A DNA stretch of 64,000 nucleotides. Source: a virus. The first letter of the stretch is position 1; each line of letters opens with the position of its first letter. The notes beneath the pieces were generated by a model that saw nothing but the letters and a program-made list of their open reading frames with translations, had not been told where the DNA came from and searched no databases. The stretch lies in IMG/VR virus record IMGVR_UViG_3300045988_170943, positions 128,001 to 192,000 of that record; one strand, given 5' to 3'. A program made the translations under genes and the position numbers. Below are positions 58,355-64,000 of the stretch, piece after piece.

Positions 58355-59656
58355 ATGGCAGGCGCAACGAAATACCACATCGCACCGCAAGGGCCGATGT
58401 TCTGTGAGGCCGAGATCCGGGAGTGCCCATACGCCCAAGCGGGCGGCAAACACTACGGAACCTTCGAGAAGGCCCAGCAGGTGTGGCGTGAGCAGATGGT
58501 AGAGAAGTTCGGGGAACTGGACACCCAAGGAACAAACCCCGAGCAACGCAGAACAGCCGCCGAAGCCATGCTGGACATACTGGAAAGAGACCACGACTTC
58601 CAAAAGAGGATGATCCAGTACAGGAACCGTGAGGCTGTAATCGCGTCCCTGAAGAAGAAGATAGCCGACGGAGGAGATCAGAAAGCCTTACAGCAGATGA
58701 AGGCGATTCACAACATGCCTCCCGTGCCGCCACCCCCCGGCAACCTTGACCTTTCCGTACTGCCCCCTCCGCCTCCGGCACAGCAGGGCAAGTCTCAGGA
58801 CGCAGCAGTAGAACAAGCACCAGGGGTACCGCCTACACACACAGAAGGAGCCCCCTTAGAAACACAGCCTGGGGCACTGCCCTTTCCTGATCATGCGCTC
58901 ACCCTGGACGGCCACCCGCTTCCCCCTCCGCCTCCTGGGAACCAGATGCCGCCACAGCAAGAGCACCTAGCAGAGCAGCCACCGAGAATCCCGGTCATGG
59001 TTGGTGACGGTGCTGGTGTTGGCCGTAAGCCTCCGCTGCGAGAACGTTTCAGAGGCATGTTCAAGGGAATCCGCATAGCAGCCATGGGGCGGGTACGTCG
59101 TCTTGGTAACTCTCAGGGTGACCGTCTTAGCCGCCACCAGGTGTCTACGATGAGTGATACTAGAGCCAGGCGACCACTAACGCCCGCACAGGTACGCAGA
59201 CAGCGACGCATGGATGCTTTCGCGCGCGGTGCAGCCCAGAAGGCAGTCGCGGCAGAAAAGGCCATCAAAGACGCCTACAACACTCCCGGGAAGACAGTCT
59301 ACAAGAGACCTGCCGCCGTGCAGATAGGGGACGTGGACCTCAGGTACGGTAAGGTGGTAGGGGTCATTCAGCAGAGTTTCGGAAACAGGGTTATCCAGTT
59401 CCAGAGGGGTGACAACAGCACCGTTGCGCTTAGACTGAACCACGATCACACGTTACACATTCAGGGTGAGTCCAAGAGGGAAAGAGTGGAACGTAGCCCT
59501 ATCTTCCGTGGCGCGAAGCGGGCCTACAAGGAGGTTCATTGGATTCTGACTGCCCCGCCGCCCCGCTACGACAAGTATGATGAGGCGTGGCGGAACACCT
59601 CATCTTCAAGGGCTCACCAGCAGAACGGGCGTCGATCAGTAGCGCACGAATCCTGA
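58355..59656 (+). CDS. Hypothetical 433-aa protein: N-terminal HCCH module, then a poly-proline (PPPPG) rich linker, then a basic C-terminal region
   Basis: GGAGG RBS; H-x8-C-x6-CP-x8-H. Confidence 0.5.
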   Translation: MAGATKYHIAPQGPMFCEAEIRECPYAQAGGKHYGTFEKAQQVWREQMVEKFGELDTQGTNPEQRRTAAEAMLDILERDHDFQKRMIQYRNREAVIASLKKKIADGGDQKALQQMKAIHNMPPVPPPPGNLDLSVLPPPPPAQQGKSQDAAVEQAPGVPPTHTEGAPLETQPGALPFPDHALTLDGHPLPPPPPGNQMPPQQEHLAEQPPRIPVMVGDGAGVGRKPPLRERFRGMFKGIRIAAMGRVRRLGNSQGDRLSRHQVSTMSDTRARRPLTPAQVRRQRRMDAFARGAAQKAVAAEKAIKDAYNTPGKTVYKRPAAVQIGDVDLRYGKVVGVIQQSFGNRVIQFQRGDNSTVALRLNHDHTLHIQGESKRERVERSPIFRGAKRAYKEVHWILTAPPPRYDKYDEAWRNTSSSRAHQQNGRRSVAHES

Positions 59657-59702
59657 CCCCGCTACTTCATCACTCTCGCTTCTTCATGCAGGTGGCGATC
59701 CG

Positions 59703-59760
59703 CCTCACCCGGTCAGGCCCAGCATCAAGACGCGCCTGACCGGGTGAGGTCTCTTGTTAG
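59703..59760 (+). terminator. Intrinsic terminator: 16-bp perfect stem cctcacccggtcaggc / gcctgaccgggtgagg, 15-nt loop, followed by TCTCTTGTT
   Basis: Seen directly after the stop of the 58355-59656 gene. Confidence 0.6.
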
Positions 59761-59882
59761 AATGCCAGGTAGTTGACGCCCCTAGCAGCCCCTTAGCCAA
59801 CCATGTATCACACATCAGCGTAACAGGGGTTTTGCTGGGGTCGTTCTCATGATGTTGCCAGGTTGCTTGATCCTGTTGGAGC

Positions 59883-62800
59883 GTGTTTACAATGAGTAAG
59901 GTTACGAAGCGGGTTGTTGGCATGGAGATCATCTCTCCAGGCAGTCCCCCTGACATTGACTCCGACTTCTCTACAGTGAGCAAGGACAGGGCATATGATT
60001 ATGTGTCTGACCTGTACGGCCATGACAACGTGTCCCATATTGTGACGTTCAATACTCTGGGCGCTAAGAGCGCGTTCAAGCGCATGTGCACGATCTACAG
60101 TGTCCCGTTTTCTCAAGCCAACCGTATCGCCGGAATGATGCCTGAGGGGGTAGAGGGCCACAAGATCACATTCAATGACATCTATGATGAGAAGTCAGAC
60201 TACTATGAGGATGCTGCCGACTTCCGTGCAGCCACCTCCGGGTCTGAGTGGCTGCCAATCATCACTGGGGCCAGGTCTATTGCGAACAAGGTGCAGGGGA
60301 CGGGAGTACATGCCTGTGGCGTGATCATCTCGAACAAGCCGTTGACTGACACGATCCCGCTGATGGTGGACAGCAAGGACGGGAAAGTCACTACCCAGTG
60401 GTCGTACCAGGAGTGTGAGGCGCTAGGCCTGATCAAGATGGACTTCCTGGGGCTGGACACGGTTGACCTGATCCAGCACACGGTCCAGTTCATTCAGAGG
60501 TCCGGTAAGGAGCCCCCGAACATGACTGAGATCATTCACGGAAAGATGGATGATGAGGACACGTACCGCCTGTTCCAACACGGCGAGACCATTGGTGTGT
60601 TCCAGTTCGGGTCAGAGATGGTGCGAGGCCTGCTGAAGCACATGAAACCAACCGAGTTCAACGACCTGGCAGCATGTACCGCTGTCGCCCGGCCGGGACC
60701 GATGGGCATGAACTCGCACACCATGTATGCGGACCGTAAGAATAACCTGGCTCCGGTTGAGCCGATCCACCCCGACTTCGTTGGGTCCCCTCTGGAGGAG
60801 ATCCTGGGCGGCACCTATGGGCTGTGCGTACCGGCGGGAACCTTGATTGAGGACTCCACAACTGGGAGGCGCGTACCTATTGAGTCGTTCCGGGAGGGAC
60901 ACTGCACGCCCTCCTGGAACCCGGACACTGGGAGTGTAGTGCACTCGCCAGTGTTCAAGGTCATCCACACTGGTATGCAGGATGTTGTCAAAGTGCGCAC
61001 ATGGGACGGCTGGAAGACAACCGTTGGTGTGGATCATGAGATGTTGACGCCTTCCGGGTTTGTGAAGGCTGGTGAACTCACTACCCATGACAGTGTTGGC
61101 GTCATCTCCCAGGGTCGCCTTAGGTGGGACCGTGTCACCGCCTTGGAGGCTGCTGGCGTCGTGGACTGTTACGACCTGGATGTGGACGACACGCACACTT
61201 ACCTTGTGGACGGTTTCGTCACCCACAACTGCGTCTACCAGGAGCAGATCATGCAGTTAGCGCAGCGGATCGCGGGCATGAGCCTCCAGGAGGGCGACAA
61301 ACTTCGCAAAGCCATGGGTAAGAAGAAGGCCGACGTTATGGCGAAGATGAAGCCGCGATTCATCCAGGGCGGAGTTGACAACGGGTACTCCGAGGAGGCC
61401 ATGAACAAACTCTGGGACATCCTGGAGCCATTCGCCAAGTACGCCTTCAATAAGTGCTTACATGGGAATACAGAAGTTCTCATCAGTCAGAATACTAAGA
61501 CGACAGTTAAGGATCTTTATCGCAGATTCAAGAATGGCGAGAAGAACATTAAGATTCTCTCCATGTTTGAGAGTGGTGACCTGCACTTTCACAACATCTC
61601 TGAGATTGTTCAGACCGGGGAAAAACCACTGTGGACAGTTGAAACTGAATCAGGCAAGACGATAAGTATCACTGAGAATCATCGCATGCTGACCACTGAT
61701 GGCTACCAAACCATCAAAAACGGTGGCATTCGGGTTGGCTCGGAACTGGTTAATGACAAGTACTGGAACAACAGGTTCAGAACAGTTCAAAGAAGACCAG
61801 CCCCTAGAAGAGGCTGGTCACATAAATCCAGTTCTTACCGTAAAGTCAAGAACATTTCTTTCAGTAGTGATGTTGACAAGGCCCTTGTTGAGAACTATCT
61901 GATTGTTCGCGGTGCCATATTTGAGACCAACAAGATAATCTCATCTCCTAACGAAGAGATCCTTGGTGCTGCTGACTTCTTTGTCAATGGCACCTACTTT
62001 GAGATGGATGGTAAAGGCCTCGGTCGCCAGTACCTCATTGACAACAAGTACGGTACCGTCCCGTTCGTCTACTTGACTCCTGAAAACTATAGAGACGAGA
62101 TTGATGCTGCCCTTATGGGTCATCATAAGAGCAGTGGTGACAAGGTGGTGTCCATCACTCCTCCAGAGGTTCTTGAGGACGGATCAGTTCTGCGTGAGAT
62201 GACGTATGACATTACAATGTCTGATGATGGTCCAGCGAACTTCATCGCCAATGGTCTAGTGTCCCACAACTCTCACAGTGTCGCCTATGCGATGAATGCC
62301 TACCAGGCTGCCTATCTGAAGACCCACTACCCGGTTGAGTTCATGTCCGCGCTGGTAGCACAGACCATCAGTGACCGGGACAAGACCCTCAACAATCTGC
62401 GTGAGGCCAGGCGTATGGGCCTGGCTATAGGGACGGTGGACATCAACCTGTCTGAGGTGCGAATGGCCCCAGACTACTCGGGTGAGTCGCCGTTCGAGAT
62501 CTTGTACGGCATCTCTGGTGTGAAGTCCGTCAGTGAGGATACCGCCCGTCTCATTGTTGCGGAGCGGGAGAGGGGCGGCAGGTTCACATCGGTCTACGAC
62601 GCTGCGACCCGGTGTGTGGCCGCTGGGGTGAACAACAAGACCGTGCTGGTGAATCTTGCCTTAGCGGGCGCGTTTGACGGCTTGGAACCGAACCGGAGGC
62701 GTGTTGTTGAGGCTATTCCCGCTCTGTTGAGTGTGGGTCGGGACGAGTCCTCCAAGGGCATGTCGCTGCTCGCTGCCTTGGATGTTCCTGGTGAGGACAT

Positions 62801-63905
62801 TTTCACAATGCCGGATGTGGAGGATTACTCGTACACGGACCGCCTGGGCATGGAGGCTGACATGGTGGGCCTGTACCTGTCTGGCCACCCGATGGATCAC
62901 GCCGACCTGTCCCCGTTCGGTGCCACCCCTTTGAAGGCTGTGGCGTCAGCGGCCAGCGGGTTCGGTTCTGGGACTGCAAGAGTGGTGGCGGCCGTGTCTG
63001 GCATCGAGATGAGGACAACTGGGCGGGGGAAGATGTGCACCCTGCATCTTGATGACGGTGACGGGTTCCTGTCTGTACGCCTGTCCCCTAAGGTGATTTC
63101 AGGGGTGGAGAAGTTCGAGGCAATGGAGGACATTAAGACCCGGTTCTGTAAGGGTGAGATGGAGGTGCCTAAGTCTACGGTCGGCAAAGCGTTGAAAGAT
63201 GTGCCTGTGGTGGAGACGATCAGGCAGAACATGGTTTATGTGATGGATGTCACCTACCGTAAGTTGTTCGGTGGCGGACAAGTGAGTGTGTGGGTTGATA
63301 GCATCCGGCCGGTGACGTTCACCCGTGACGGTGGCTTGCCGGTCAGGGTACGTATCAACGTTGACCGGCTTGGTGTGGAGCGGGCGAGGAAGGCGTATGT
63401 TGCGATTCCGCGCATTCTGGCGGAGAAAGCCCCCGGCAGTACCCCTATTATGATCGCCCACTACCGGCCGGGTGATGGTGTGGCAACATCCGAGGAGGAC
63501 AGGTGCCGGTATGCTCTGGAGGTCATGAGGCGCGAGAAGGTGACTGATGGTAGCGCTGACGACACTCACAAGAGCAAGAAGAAGAGCGGCCGCAACGGTG
63601 CGGGGGGCGGTGGCGGTAAAACGCCCTCACTGCTCGGTGACGACAACGGTCATGATGAAAGCGAGACCGAGCCCCGCGTGAAGGATCGGGTTGGTAGGCA
63701 GTGGCCCACAGAGGTTCCGGCTGAGTTCATCAAGGATAGTGAGGCGAGCGTGGAGGACATGAGATCGTTCGCGGACGCCTTGGAGTACAGGGACACTGGC
63801 CTCACCGTCGCCCCGAGTACGGATGCCAGCAGGATCCTGGAGAAGTATCTGGGGCACGAGAACTATGACTTCGGCATGTATGTGCCGGTAGTTACCTACT
63901 CCTGA
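59883..63905 (+). CDS. dnaE: DnaE-type DNA polymerase III alpha catalytic subunit, N-terminally truncated and containing two inteins. The ORF begins at the PDIDSDF catalytic motif; the PHP domain and N-terminal palm are absent and an in-frame stop lies at 59868
   Basis: PDIDxDF, GLIKMDFLGL, YQEQ(I)MQ and FNK/SHSxAYA motifs; intein junctions C...HN/C and C...HN/S. Confidence 0.85.
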   Translation: MFTMSKVTKRVVGMEIISPGSPPDIDSDFSTVSKDRAYDYVSDLYGHDNVSHIVTFNTLGAKSAFKRMCTIYSVPFSQANRIAGMMPEGVEGHKITFNDIYDEKSDYYEDAADFRAATSGSEWLPIITGARSIANKVQGTGVHACGVIISNKPLTDTIPLMVDSKDGKVTTQWSYQECEALGLIKMDFLGLDTVDLIQHTVQFIQRSGKEPPNMTEIIHGKMDDEDTYRLFQHGETIGVFQFGSEMVRGLLKHMKPTEFNDLAACTAVARPGPMGMNSHTMYADRKNNLAPVEPIHPDFVGSPLEEILGGTYGLCVPAGTLIEDSTTGRRVPIESFREGHCTPSWNPDTGSVVHSPVFKVIHTGMQDVVKVRTWDGWKTTVGVDHEMLTPSGFVKAGELTTHDSVGVISQGRLRWDRVTALEAAGVVDCYDLDVDDTHTYLVDGFVTHNCVYQEQIMQLAQRIAGMSLQEGDKLRKAMGKKKADVMAKMKPRFIQGGVDNGYSEEAMNKLWDILEPFAKYAFNKCLHGNTEVLISQNTKTTVKDLYRRFKNGEKNIKILSMFESGDLHFHNISEIVQTGEKPLWTVETESGKTISITENHRMLTTDGYQTIKNGGIRVGSELVNDKYWNNRFRTVQRRPAPRRGWSHKSSSYRKVKNISFSSDVDKALVENYLIVRGAIFETNKIISSPNEEILGAADFFVNGTYFEMDGKGLGRQYLIDNKYGTVPFVYLTPENYRDEIDAALMGHHKSSGDKVVSITPPEVLEDGSVLREMTYDITMSDDGPANFIANGLVSHNSHSVAYAMNAYQAAYLKTHYPVEFMSALVAQTISDRDKTLNNLREARRMGLAIGTVDINLSEVRMAPDYSGESPFEILYGISGVKSVSEDTARLIVAERERGGRFTSVYDAATRCVAAGVNNKTVLVNLALAGAFDGLEPNRRRVVEAIPALLSVGRDESSKGMSLLAALDVPGEDIFTMPDVEDYSYTDRLGMEADMVGLYLSGHPMDHADLSPFGATPLKAVASAASGFGSGTARVVAAVSGIEMRTTGRGKMCTLHLDDGDGFLSVRLSPKVISGVEKFEAMEDIKTRFCKGEMEVPKSTVGKALKDVPVVETIRQNMVYVMDVTYRKLFGGGQVSVWVDSIRPVTFTRDGGLPVRVRINVDRLGVERARKAYVAIPRILAEKAPGSTPIMIAHYRPGDGVATSEEDRCRYALEVMRREKVTDGSADDTHKSKKKSGRNGAGGGGGKTPSLLGDDNGHDESETEPRVKDRVGRQWPTEVPAEFIKDSEASVEDMRSFADALEYRDTGLTVAPSTDASRILEKYLGHENYDFGMYVPVVTYS
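60825..61229 (+). mobile_element. Mini-intein 1 (135 aa, no endonuclease domain) inserted between TYGL and CVYQEQ; starts CVPAGTLIED, ends FVTHN, +1 residue Cys
   Basis: Hint-domain blocks A and G read directly; removing it restores the conserved DnaE motif. Confidence 0.8.
61455..62270 (+). mobile_element. Intein 2 (272 aa) inserted between AFNK and SHSVAYA; starts CLHGNTEVL, ends LVSHN, +1 residue Ser. It carries a central insert of about 130 aa (possibly a degenerate endonuclease or linker) and is markedly AT-richer than the extein
   Basis: Splice junction motifs; removing it restores FNKSHSxAYA; compositional contrast seen directly. Confidence 0.8.
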
Positions 63906-64000
63906 CCGCACTCCTTCACCAGTTCACGCAAGCACCCGTGTCTCCTGTCTCGGCAGGAGCAGGGGTGAAGGTGCGCCCCGGTAGATATTCGTTGCATCAT

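Noticed and set aside
60612-61226. 204-aa minus-strand ORF within dnaE and intein 1
   Set aside because: Antisense to conserved polymerase and Hint motifs.
1-64000. Searched for CRISPR arrays, tRNA or rRNA genes, and phage structural genes (terminase, portal, capsid, tail)
   Set aside because: No regularly spaced direct repeats, no tRNA-like T-arm or acceptor signatures, and no recognisable structural-protein motifs were found; absence by eye is not proof.

Overview
High-GC (about 60%) window, dense in genes, with the look of a Gram-positive actinobacterial accessory region. Gene ends often overlap, there are many small acidic ORFs, and the local functions suggest phage, plasmid or mobile-element DNA. 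Features I can support from the sequence:

- **Pilus locus (1025-11656):** a complete sortase-dependent pilus locus. It has a 547-aa LPLTG major pilin with a YPKN pilin motif and an E-box, a 2622-aa LPLTG tip adhesin with BspA-type leucine-rich repeats and tandem Cna-B-like domains, and a class C sortase with a DPF lid and a TLMTC catalytic motif.
- **Hypothetical-gene stretch (11.8-27 kb):** mostly unknown genes, punctuated by a Dam-like N6-adenine methyltransferase, a DUF805 membrane protein, a DUF1524/HNH-like nuclease, a nucleoside 2-deoxyribosyltransferase-like protein, a solo TnpB (IS605/IS1341-like, with a long C-terminal extension) and a 552-aa HEXXH protein.
- **Minus-strand operon (27.2-35.6 kb):** a full-length ClpB-like double-AAA+ disaggregase with an acidic tail, followed by several membrane proteins of unknown function.
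- **vWA - PP2C - Ser/Thr kinase module (37.6-43.9 kb):** a TerY-type phosphorylation triad, split between the phosphatase and the kinase by an intact IS607-family element (serine recombinase tnpA plus tnpB).
- **Other single genes:** a HAD-type phosphatase, an RseP/M50 site-2 protease, NrdI, an HD-domain protein, a second Dam-like MTase and a SLOG-like protein.
- **DnaE-like Pol III alpha:** it starts abruptly at the PDIDSDF palm motif, so the PHP domain and N-terminal palm are absent. It carries two in-frame inteins: a 135-aa mini-intein before the YQEQ motif, and a 272-aa AT-rich intein inside the FNK|SHS motif.
- **Shared N-terminal module:** four otherwise unrelated proteins share a roughly 45-aa N-terminal H-x8-10-C-x5-6-C-x7-11-H module, followed by a T/S-x-E-K/E-A...Y/W helix. 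This is the most distinctive recurring signal in the window.

I found no rRNA, tRNA or CRISPR array, and no recognisable phage structural genes (capsid, portal, terminase, tail). Several GC-rich hairpins with trailing T tracts look like intrinsic terminators. All function calls come from motif-level reading of the translated ORFs; no database searches were possible.
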